DNA from: Chroococcidiopsidaceae cyanobacterium YX2bin18
GTDB taxonomy: Bacteria; Cyanobacteriota; Cyanobacteriia; Cyanobacteriales; Chroococcidiopsidaceae
Length of the DNA: 64,000 nucleotides
Direction of reading: 5' to 3'
Assembly: GCA_030446505.1 (NCBI GenBank)
Contig: JAUJND010000004.1
Coordinates: forward strand, 9,099-73,098
Below, piece by piece: positions 40,199 through 48,256 of the stretch. Under the pieces are notes generated by a model. That model made no database searches and was not told where the DNA came from. It was given only the letters and a program-made list of their open reading frames with translations. Both the position numbers and the translations under genes were made by a program. Numbering within the stretch: position 1 is the first letter of the stretch; each line of letters starts with the position of its first letter.

Positions 40199-40357
40199 CT
40201 CAGATCTTGCACCAAGCTTAAATGCTTTCACAATAAGTGTTTTGGCTAAACTTCATCCGATCCAGAACCCCGTCAGATAAGGCTTTCAAGGCTAAAGGCA
40301 ATCACTTAAGCAAATAAGAGGACTTGAAAACCTTATTTTTCTGTTAGGTGCAAGATA
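40199..40357. mobile_element. MITE copy A (about 160 bp)
   Basis: Ends CTCAGATCTTGCACCAAGC ... GTTAGGTGCAAGATA form terminal inverted repeats (GATCTTGCACC core). Both ends match copy B (41557..41717) in inverted orientation. Confidence 0.75.
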
Positions 40358-40606
40358 TAAGTAACCCTATATAGCCAGCCCCCTATAGGGTTAGTAATGT
40401 TTCACCAGAGAAAAATATAGGGTAAGAACCTTGAAAGGAAGTGGGCAACTCTTGGTTAGCTAGTTGGTTAAGGTGTCCCCTGTTGATAAACTTGTGCTGC
40501 CCAAAATTTGGACACTACGCTTCCATCTGGTGATTGGATTATTTATTAATCGCTACGAGTTTGGAGTAGCCGTCTAGCACTTTATCAACATCTCTACAAC
40601 ATCCTC

Positions 40607-41269
40607 CTACCAAATAAATGGAATCAAACGAGAGCTAGATTGTTGATACTCTGCATACTCTGGATACTTGACAGACATTGCCTGTTCTTTTTGAGATATA
40701 CGCCAGAGATAGAAGATAAAAATGTATCCCGGCACTAAATAAGCCCAAAAGGAGCCAGCTACAACGCTAAAACTCAAGTAACGCAGTAAATCTGCAAAAT
40801 AATTAATATTGCGAGAAAAACGCCATATGTTGTCACGTACTAGCCCAGCTTTAAACTGTTTGGCAGTGAGCTTTTGGACATCGGCAGTGGCATTTATCAG
40901 ACTACCAAAAATGTAGAGGAAAAGTGCAATAGCAGCTGTTGCCATTGATAAGGAAGCAGGATTGATAAATGCTAAGTATCCAGGCAAGACGTAAAAAAAT
41001 CCTACACTTAATAATATAAAAATGAAAGTTCCTAACCTAGCTGACTCATTAAATATCTTTTGTCGCTCTGGAAATAACCACTGTTCCAGCAACCACCACA
41101 AACAGTAGCTAATATGCAGGCACATATAAATAACCTGCCGCCAGTCTTGGATACCGAAAACGATAGCAAAACTAACCAAACAAACAATTGTAATCACCTT
41201 TGCAAAATTAATCGCTTTTAATACGGTCACTCCAGGTTTATCAGCATTAGCGTTGACAGTGTTCTGCAT
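40607..41269 (-). CDS. Polytopic membrane protein of the ICMT/DUF1295 methyltransferase-like superfamily
   Basis: 220 aa, 5-6 TM segments. The C-terminal block RFSRNINYFADLLRYLSF...EQAMSVKYPEYAEYQQSSSRLIPFIW resembles the RHPNY...Y..Y...T..LIP signature of ICMT/DUF1295 proteins. Confidence 0.5.
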   Translation of the reverse strand: MQNTVNANADKPGVTVLKAINFAKVITIVCLVSFAIVFGIQDWRQVIYMCLHISYCLWWLLEQWLFPERQKIFNESARLGTFIFILLSVGFFYVLPGYLAFINPASLSMATAAIALFLYIFGSLINATADVQKLTAKQFKAGLVRDNIWRFSRNINYFADLLRYLSFSVVAGSFWAYLVPGYIFIFYLWRISQKEQAMSVKYPEYAEYQQSSSRLIPFIW

Positions 41270-41396
41270 AAATTAAGTTATTGCGATAAAAACTGTTAAT
41301 ACTTTTTTGATATCACGTATGGTAATAGGTAGCTTACTAGTCTTTCCCATAAAACAAGTGTATTGCAAAAATCGCTGCCTTACTAGTAGTGGTTTG

Positions 41397-41556
41397 TCAA
41401 GCTTTAATTGAGGGGTAAAGGTGATGAAGTTTGACCCGTGCGTCGGCGGTGTTAAAGCGCCAATTAATCCAAGTCTGCTGATGATTGCGTTGCTCTTCCC
41501 AAGCGGCTACCTCCTGTTGCAAGACAGCAAACTCTGGAATGCGTCGGTTCAACTTA
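41397..41556 (-). pseudogene. C-terminal fragment of an IS630-family transposase
   Basis: LNRRIPEFAVLQQEVAAWEEQRNHQQTWINWRFNTADARVKLHHLYPSI is the conserved IS630/Tc1 C-terminal tail. The upstream part is replaced by MITE copy B. Confidence 0.7.
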
Positions 41557-41717
41557 TATCTTGCACCTAACGAAAACACAAGGTTTCTAAGCTTTCCTAT
41601 TTTTTAAGCGTGATCGCTTGATAACTGGAGAGCTTTACTTAGAGGGAAGATTCGCCTAAAGGTAAATAAGCTAAAACATTTGTAGTAGAAGAGTTTGAGC
41701 TTGGTGCAAGATCTGAG
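41557..41717. mobile_element. MITE copy B, inverted relative to copy A
   Basis: TATCTTGCACCTAAC ... GCTTGGTGCAAGATCTGAG. The reverse complement aligns with copy A over about 20 bp at one end and about 30 bp at the other; the interior has diverged. Confidence 0.75.
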
Positions 41718-41861
41718 ATAACGTTTTTCTTAGTAAACGTGCTCTTTACAGCAAAATGTAATTTGAGCGCTCAATCGAGTTATTACTATTCTTTCTGTTT
41801 GCAGGTCGATTTAACTACAAGGACTCTAATCTTTGAAAATAGAGGTAAAAAGCACTGAAAA

Positions 41862-42281
41862 TTAATCATGGGTTGTGCCATCCGGCATGATCGTACCTTG
41901 TATTTTTGTGGCAGTTAGGGATGCTCCCCAGAGACTAGCTCCTTGTAAATCTGCCCCCCTCAAGTCTGCCTGAGTAAAATCTGCCATTTTCAAGTTTGCC
42001 CCGCTCAAGTTAGCATTTTTGAGGTTAGCGGCAAACATATTTGCTCCATTGAGGTTAGCTTCAGTTAGATTTGCCTCACTCAGGTTTGCCATACTTAGCG
42101 ATGCCTCTGTTAAATTCGTCCCAACTAAGTCGGCTTTACTTAGATCAGCTTCACTAAGGGATGCTTCTTGCAAATTAGCTCCACTTAGATTCATCCCACT
42201 CAAGGAAGTGCCAATCAGGTTTGCGCCTTTAAAATCTCTCTCTCCTGCTGCATAACGTCTTAAAAGGTCATTTGCGTCCAT
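41862..42281 (-). CDS. Pentapeptide-repeat protein
   Basis: 139 aa, with consecutive A(D/N)LxG/A pentads (ANLSGANLQEASLSEADLSKADLVGTNLTEASL...). Confidence 0.9.
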   Translation of the reverse strand: MDANDLLRRYAAGERDFKGANLIGTSLSGMNLSGANLQEASLSEADLSKADLVGTNLTEASLSMANLSEANLTEANLNGANMFAANLKNANLSGANLKMADFTQADLRGADLQGASLWGASLTATKIQGTIMPDGTTHD

Positions 42282-42449
42282 AGCATTTGCTCACTACCAC
42301 TTACTTGTAGTAGTGTGACTCAAATAGAAGATTATAAAAGTAAAAATAGGTACTAAGCAAGGTGTCAATATTGTAATAGCTAAAACTGTTAAATTTTTAG
42401 ATAACTTTAATCACACAAGGCAATTAGTATTTTCCGCAACAAACTACCA

Positions 42450-42815
42450 ATGCAAGTTACCCAATGTCTCCATGCGGCTGTTCTCATTTCTGACTTGAAA
42501 CAAGCTGAATATTTTTATGGCAATGTGTTGGGATTATCTAAGGTAGAACGAGCGCTCAAATACCCTGGTGTCTGGTATCAAGTTGGGGAGTTGCAATTTC
42601 ACCTGATAGTCGCGCCTGACTTTGTTCCCTCTAAACTACAAAACCCTGAAAAATGGGGACGCAACCCGCACATTGCCTTTGCTGTTACTAATTTAGAAGC
42701 TGCCAAGAATCAGTTAAACGCTCACAACTGCGCGACACAAATCAGCGCCTCCGGTAGAAACGCAATCTTTACCCAAGATCCAGACGGCAACATTATAGAA
42801 CTAAGTCAACTTTAA
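42450..42815 (+). CDS. VOC/glyoxalase I family protein
   Basis: 121 aa; HAAVLISDLKQAEYFYGNVLGL and HIAFAV...QDPDGNIIEL. Confidence 0.7.
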   Translation: MQVTQCLHAAVLISDLKQAEYFYGNVLGLSKVERALKYPGVWYQVGELQFHLIVAPDFVPSKLQNPEKWGRNPHIAFAVTNLEAAKNQLNAHNCATQISASGRNAIFTQDPDGNIIELSQL

Positions 42816-42861
42816 AATCTTGCCTTGGTGTCTAAGGCGCAACGTCGCTGGCGGAACGTTT

Positions 42862-44169
42862 ATGAAAATCATTGCCTACTCCTATAGTGATCCTCTGTTG
42901 GAACAAACACCTAACCCTGCTGTTTGGGGTTGGGAAGTGGAGCGGATTTATCAAGATTTGGGGAAACGCGAGGAGCTAGAGCAGCTAGTTTGCGATTGTC
43001 AAATAGAGCCAGCTGATTACCTTTTAATTCGGCGGCTAGATGAACTAGGAGATTCTCTACAGGAAGTAAGTTCGCGCATTGCTGAATTAGAAGCGCTAGG
43101 AGTTCACCTGATTGCCACTGAACAAGCCTACAACTCATTTGCTCAGGGGCAAGATCCTACTAATTTCCGGGCAGATTTGCTCCTGCTGCTGCAAGAAATC
43201 CAGCGTGAGCAGCGTAGCCGCCGCATTCGCCAGGGACACGCCCGCAATCGGATTAGCGCCTTGCCACCCCCTGGAAGATCACCCTACGGCTACCGCCGAG
43301 GCAAGGATAAATATGCACTTGATCGCAGTGCTTCTCCAATAGTCAAGGATTTTTTTGAACAGTTTCTCCTCTATGGCTCTTTGCGGGGAGCGGTTCGCTA
43401 TCTCGCGCAAAAATACGGCAAGAAAATTTCTGTATCGACAGGGCGGCGCTGGTTAACTAATTCTGTCTATCGTGGTGACACAGCTTATCAAAATGGTGAG
43501 GTTATCTCTAATACCCATGTCCCGATCATCTCTAGGGAAGAAGCAGCACAGATTGATCGGCTGTTGCGGCGCAACCGTCGCTTGCAACCTCGTAGTGCTA
43601 GTGCGCCTCGCTCTCTTGCTGGATTAGTTATCTGTCAAGAGTGCCAGTCGCCGATGACAGTGGTTCGCGTTACTATTCGACACAAAAAAAACGAATATCT
43701 CTACTTACGTCCAATCAACTGTCCTAAACGCCCCAAGTGTCGGGCAATTCCCTACGCGCAGGTGTTGGAGCAAACAATTAGAGCAATTTGCTGTGACTTA
43801 CCGCGTGCGGTAGCTGGAACAAATTTACCACAACTGGATGCAGTTAAGAGTTCTTTGACAGATGCGATCGCCCGACAGCAAGAAATACTCGCCCAATTGC
43901 CTACTTTGATTGAGACTGGAATTTTGGATTCAGAAACAGCGCAACTTAGAGCTTATAAACTCCGCACTGAAATCTCACAAATCCAAGCAAAACTAGCGAC
44001 TCTACCACCAGTGAATTTGCGTTCTGTTGCTCAAGCTGTCTCAATTCCCCAATTTTGGTTAGATTTATCTGAATCTGAGCGGCGATTTTACTTTCGGGAA
44101 TTTATTCGTCAAATTGAGATTATCCGCCAAGATTCAGTGTGGCAACTCCAACTTATTTTTATATTTTAG
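42862..44169 (+). CDS. Large-serine-recombinase homologue (resolvase-like N-domain, recombinase domain, zinc ribbon, coiled coil) with non-canonical catalytic positions
   Basis: Start MKIIAYSYSDPLLEQ. RRLDELGDS in place of the LDRLGRS block. GRSPYGYRRGKDKY and NSVYRGD (recombinase domain). CQECQSPM...CPKRPKC (zinc ribbon). C-terminal heptad-rich region. Confidence 0.65.
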   Translation: MKIIAYSYSDPLLEQTPNPAVWGWEVERIYQDLGKREELEQLVCDCQIEPADYLLIRRLDELGDSLQEVSSRIAELEALGVHLIATEQAYNSFAQGQDPTNFRADLLLLLQEIQREQRSRRIRQGHARNRISALPPPGRSPYGYRRGKDKYALDRSASPIVKDFFEQFLLYGSLRGAVRYLAQKYGKKISVSTGRRWLTNSVYRGDTAYQNGEVISNTHVPIISREEAAQIDRLLRRNRRLQPRSASAPRSLAGLVICQECQSPMTVVRVTIRHKKNEYLYLRPINCPKRPKCRAIPYAQVLEQTIRAICCDLPRAVAGTNLPQLDAVKSSLTDAIARQQEILAQLPTLIETGILDSETAQLRAYKLRTEISQIQAKLATLPPVNLRSVAQAVSIPQFWLDLSESERRFYFREFIRQIEIIRQDSVWQLQLIFIF

Positions 44170-44192
44170 AAGTGTGAACCCCGGAGAAATTG

Positions 44193-45590
44193 ATGCACCC
44201 AATTGTTCAGGTTCAACCACCGCTAAAATTTATTCCCCCAGCCCTGAATCCTCTGGTTTTAAAGGGTACTCAACTGCTGTTACCTGCTTGGTTGCGATCG
44301 CGGACAGCAATTACTCAGATCAAAGCCGAAAATGTAGAAGTTTTAGTAGATCTTTATCACCAGTTTCAAGCAGGTAAGATTCGCTTTTTAATGGCTTTTC
44401 GTCATCCCAGCACTAATGATCCGCTGTGTATGGCATACCTGCTTTCCTACATAGTTCCACGAGTAGCACAACAACAGAAAATATCACTACAGTACCCGAT
44501 TCATTCCCACTTTATTTATGATCGCGGAATTCCCCTATGGGCTGGAGCGCAGGTGGGCTGGCTATATTCTCGTTTGGGGGGAATTCCTATCCATCGCGGC
44601 AAGGTAGATCGGCTTGGTTTGCGCTCAGTTCGCAATTTGTTCGCCCACAGTAGTTTACCAATGACAGCAGCCCCAGAGGGAGCAACTAATGGTCACAATG
44701 AAATCGTTAGTCCTCTAGAACCAGGTGTTGCTCAACTAGGATTTTGGTGTGTTGAAGATCTCCTCAAGGCTGGAGGCTCTGAGCAAGTTTTTATTGTGCC
44801 AATCGGTATTCAGTACCGTTACGTTGAACCTCCCTGGAAAGCCTTGGAACAGCTGTTGAATGAATTGCAAGTTGATAGCGGATTTCAGCCAGCAGGAGAA
44901 GAAGCAAGTTCGCTTGGCGAAGCCTCTCTCTATCGGCGGCTGAATCAATTAAGTGAACACTTACTGTCGTTAATGGAGGAATTTTATAGTCGTTTCTATC
45001 ATCAAATACCGACGACAACAAAAGTAGGTACTTCCGAAGAATTAAAATTACCGAGTTCTGAGCAAAAGTTTATGACTCGGCTTCAAGCGTTACTGGACAC
45101 AGCATTACAGGTAGCAGAGCAGTATTTTGGGATTTTGCCCAGAGGCAGTTTGAGCGATCGCTGTCGTCGTGTAGAACAAGCAGGCTGGGATTATATTTAT
45201 CGAGAAGACATTAAAGATATTGAAGCACTTTCCCTTATAGAACGAGGACTCGCTGATCGCATTGCGGAAGAGGCGAACCTGCGAATGTGGCATATGCGTC
45301 TAGTAGAAAGTTTTGTGGCAGTAACAGGCGATTATGTTATGAAAAAGCCTACAGTAGAGCGGTTTGCTGAAACAACTTTGCTGATGTGGGACATGATTAC
45401 ACGCATTAAGGGTGGCAACCCTTTTCATCGTCCGCGCTTGGGTAAACAATCGGTGCAAATGACGGTGGGTGAACCAATACCAGTCTCAGAGCGTTGGGAA
45501 ATTTATCAAGGCGATCGCCGTAGTGCGAAACTTGCTGTCACGGATCTAACTCACGATCTTCAAACTGCGCTAGAGGGAATGATTGAATGA
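44193..45590 (+). CDS. PlsC-family acyltransferase with long C-terminal extension
   Basis: HX4D motif FRHPSTNDP and later AAPEGATNG (PEG-type block). 465 aa from ATG 44193. Confidence 0.65.
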   Translation: MHPIVQVQPPLKFIPPALNPLVLKGTQLLLPAWLRSRTAITQIKAENVEVLVDLYHQFQAGKIRFLMAFRHPSTNDPLCMAYLLSYIVPRVAQQQKISLQYPIHSHFIYDRGIPLWAGAQVGWLYSRLGGIPIHRGKVDRLGLRSVRNLFAHSSLPMTAAPEGATNGHNEIVSPLEPGVAQLGFWCVEDLLKAGGSEQVFIVPIGIQYRYVEPPWKALEQLLNELQVDSGFQPAGEEASSLGEASLYRRLNQLSEHLLSLMEEFYSRFYHQIPTTTKVGTSEELKLPSSEQKFMTRLQALLDTALQVAEQYFGILPRGSLSDRCRRVEQAGWDYIYREDIKDIEALSLIERGLADRIAEEANLRMWHMRLVESFVAVTGDYVMKKPTVERFAETTLLMWDMITRIKGGNPFHRPRLGKQSVQMTVGEPIPVSERWEIYQGDRRSAKLAVTDLTHDLQTALEGMIE

Positions 45591-45641
45591 GCGCGGTGTA
45601 GATACTTTTTCTTAAAATGGCAAACTAATCACAGGTAGTCA

Positions 45642-46685
45642 TTACCCTAGTCTCAACATCCATTTTGCAAAGCTTTTCAAAAAACTATTGGGAGTTAGTA
45701 GTTGGCTCCACACCCAGCGGCTGAGCCAGCGATTGAACCGGGGTAGTAGATAGTCCCGCGATAGCTCCCAGATTACTATTATCAGTAAGGGCAACAACCG
45801 CATTTTTATTCCATCTAAAAAATCTTGCCGCTGTATTATTCCATCTAAAAAATCTTGCCATTGCCCTTGTCCTATATTTTTTAAACATTTAAGCTCTCTA
45901 CAAATCATGTTTAAATATTTAAACTCTCCACAAATCATGCCTAATGTAGGCATAACCCAAAAAAATACATCCAAGTAGTAGGTTGTACTAGTGTGGAGAT
46001 GCTGCAAAAGTTTATTAATTAGCCAGTGGTGAGCCGAGATAATCTCCCAACAGCGGGGGTAGTTGAGATAATCTTTACAAACCTGCTGAAATATATCTCC
46101 ATCTAAGGAAATTACTGTCCGCACAACCTTTGAACTACACTTATCCAGATTTAGTAGTCCCTGCTGGCTCTCTTCAGGATCAATGTAATAGTGAGTACAG
46201 AATGTTAGTCCAGATTGGAAATATACTCTCTTTACTTGCTTCTTTTTATTTAACCCATCCGCTAACAAAGCGTTCTGTCGCAAATTTGTAAGCAACTTGT
46301 TGGGAAGTTGCAGCTCGTAACGATTATTACGCGCCTGGTGAATTTGTTGCAGTCCTTCGTTAGTGAGATGGAAGATAAATTCTCCCTGTTCAAAGGTAAC
46401 GGTAATTTGCTCACTAGTAAGGTGAGTGTTTCTTGAGTGAGAAGGAATGGTATGGCGTAACTGTAGCCAAGTAGCTTGAATTGTCTGACGCAGGGTAGTG
46501 ATTGCTTTTAAGTTCCATCGCCTTATTACATAACGGAGGCTAAAAACAATTTGATTGATCAGCTTCAATACTGCTTTTACATCCAGCGATCGCACAGGGT
46601 TTGCAGAGGAGACAAAGCTGATTTGATATTTTATGATGCTCTCATCTTGGCGTGGTTTATTTTTGACCATTCTCAGAAGGTGCAA
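45642..46685 (-). CDS. Hypothetical protein (347 aa) with LDGDI motif, internal 30-bp tandem duplications and a hydrophobic C-terminus
   Basis: Intact ORF, last gene of a three-gene minus-strand operon. Motif RTVISLDGDIFQQV. Repeats QDFLDGI x2 and MICxEhKxL x2. No family recognised. Confidence 0.55.
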   Translation of the reverse strand: MHLLRMVKNKPRQDESIIKYQISFVSSANPVRSLDVKAVLKLINQIVFSLRYVIRRWNLKAITTLRQTIQATWLQLRHTIPSHSRNTHLTSEQITVTFEQGEFIFHLTNEGLQQIHQARNNRYELQLPNKLLTNLRQNALLADGLNKKKQVKRVYFQSGLTFCTHYYIDPEESQQGLLNLDKCSSKVVRTVISLDGDIFQQVCKDYLNYPRCWEIISAHHWLINKLLQHLHTSTTYYLDVFFWVMPTLGMICGEFKYLNMICRELKCLKNIGQGQWQDFLDGIIQRQDFLDGIKMRLLPLLIIVIWELSRDYLLPRFNRWLSRWVWSQLLTPNSFLKSFAKWMLRLG

Positions 46686-47478
46686 TTCCGTTAGAACTGC
46701 GTTGACTAGACTTACCCCAATTCACCATATTTTGTACAAAGTTCACCATAAAATCTAATAACTTGTGCCACTGTTGCCCTCCGGCAATCACTCCTTCATT
46801 GTGGATTTTCATGATTAGGTCTTTTACGTCTTCATCTTCCTGAAACAGTTGTTTATGGTAACGGGTGATGATATCTCCGTCTAACTGCATTACAGTTTGG
46901 GCATAAATAATATCAATTTTGTTCTCGCTAACCTTATCGCTATCGAGTGCAGCTTTAAGTTCAATAATTTTACGCAGACTGAGCAGGAATTCGTTAGCTT
47001 TAAAAATTTCTCGAATCTCCATCCAACCATTTACTTCCGTTGGATCGGGCAGTATTGGTCGAGCTAGTTCTATATAATCTGGATCAGACTCAACTATTTG
47101 TCCTTGATGTTGTTTTAACCATTCAATTCGCTCACCATATCTTTTCACCTTTTCATCCCGTACTTTAGAAAGTAGATTAGGAAGTTTTACATTTGGATCA
47201 ATAAGAGTGTAAAAATACTCTTTCTCAAGTTTTTCAAACAAATCTCTGTAACGCTTCTGTTGCTCTTTATCTTCAATTTCTTTTACCTTAAAGTAGTCTT
47301 TATCACTTATAGAGTAAATTGCTTGATATGCCTCCCAAGGACTGAACTTTGCAGCTGTAATTTTTTCTACAACCATAGTATTTACTTCTAAAGCTGTGAT
47401 GTCATTAAGTAACTCACCAATAGATTTCACAAATCTATCTAATAATTTTTCAGCTTTATCTTGAGTTTCATTAGGCAT
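46657..47478 (-). CDS. Hypothetical protein (about 273 aa) with LEVNT and LDGDI motifs
   Basis: Intact ORF (ATG 47478; GTG 47487 also possible). ITALEVNTMVVEKI near the N-terminus and AQTVMQLDGDIITRYH near the C-terminus. Overlaps the downstream ORF by 29 nt. No family recognised. Confidence 0.55.
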   Translation of the reverse strand: MPNETQDKAEKLLDRFVKSIGELLNDITALEVNTMVVEKITAAKFSPWEAYQAIYSISDKDYFKVKEIEDKEQQKRYRDLFEKLEKEYFYTLIDPNVKLPNLLSKVRDEKVKRYGERIEWLKQHQGQIVESDPDYIELARPILPDPTEVNGWMEIREIFKANEFLLSLRKIIELKAALDSDKVSENKIDIIYAQTVMQLDGDIITRYHKQLFQEDEDVKDLIMKIHNEGVIAGGQQWHKLLDFMVNFVQNMVNWGKSSQRSSNGIAPSENGQK

Positions 47479-47495
47479 AGCGATCACCTCTACGT

Positions 47496-47963
47496 TTACA
47501 GTTGTGTGGAACTGATCTTAGTTTGCTGTGAAGTTTTGCGAGATTTTTCTAACATTTCCATCAAAACTTCAAACAACTTCTGTACACTCTCAATATTTTT
47601 TTGGATAATTTCACGACTTTCCTTAACCTGGCTTAGGTGGAAGTCCCGAAGTTCTGTGTAAGGTCCACTACTAAGAAATTGACTGCCAACTTCATTGTTT
47701 ATATCGCCGTCAATAAGATTAATCAAGGTATACATCCGATTACCTGATTTGATGCTTTCTGCCTCATTTGTTTCTAAACTACTTTGCCCATCAGATGGTT
47801 CAGAAACCCAAGTAGTAATTTCTAATTCAACAACTTCAACTAATGCCGTCTTGATAACATCAATAATGTTTTTAGCATCAAGGGGTCTTTTATCAGTATT
47901 AAGTTCCTTAAGTTCCTCTTGAAATTTTTTACTTGCTTTAGAAGCCTCTTCATTTGTTCCCAT
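47496..47963 (-). CDS. Hypothetical protein (155 aa) with LEITT and DGDI motifs
   Basis: Intact ORF, first gene of the operon. VELEITTWVSE and YTLINLIDGDINNEV have the same motif order as the next gene. No family recognised. Confidence 0.55.
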   Translation of the reverse strand: MGTNEEASKASKKFQEELKELNTDKRPLDAKNIIDVIKTALVEVVELEITTWVSEPSDGQSSLETNEAESIKSGNRMYTLINLIDGDINNEVGSQFLSSGPYTELRDFHLSQVKESREIIQKNIESVQKLFEVLMEMLEKSRKTSQQTKISSTQL

Positions 47964-48256
47964 GACAGTATTTCCTATGAAATAGTAAAATCACAATGAA
48001 ATTGAGTCCATGAAAATTTTACATAGTATTGAAAAACCTAATTATTTTATTAACTCAAAACAATTAATTTTAACAAAACTTAAACTTTTAATTAGAAGTA
48101 TCTGTATAAAGTTATGCATTTTCAGAGAGGATTTTAACCAGTGCAGCTAGCTTCGCTTTCCCTCCAAAAATGTCATATTTTTAGAGAAATGTGCGCTCTA
48201 GAGGCGATCGCATTTCTAAGTAATCTATACAGCTGCCCAGACTATAATTCCGGAAT

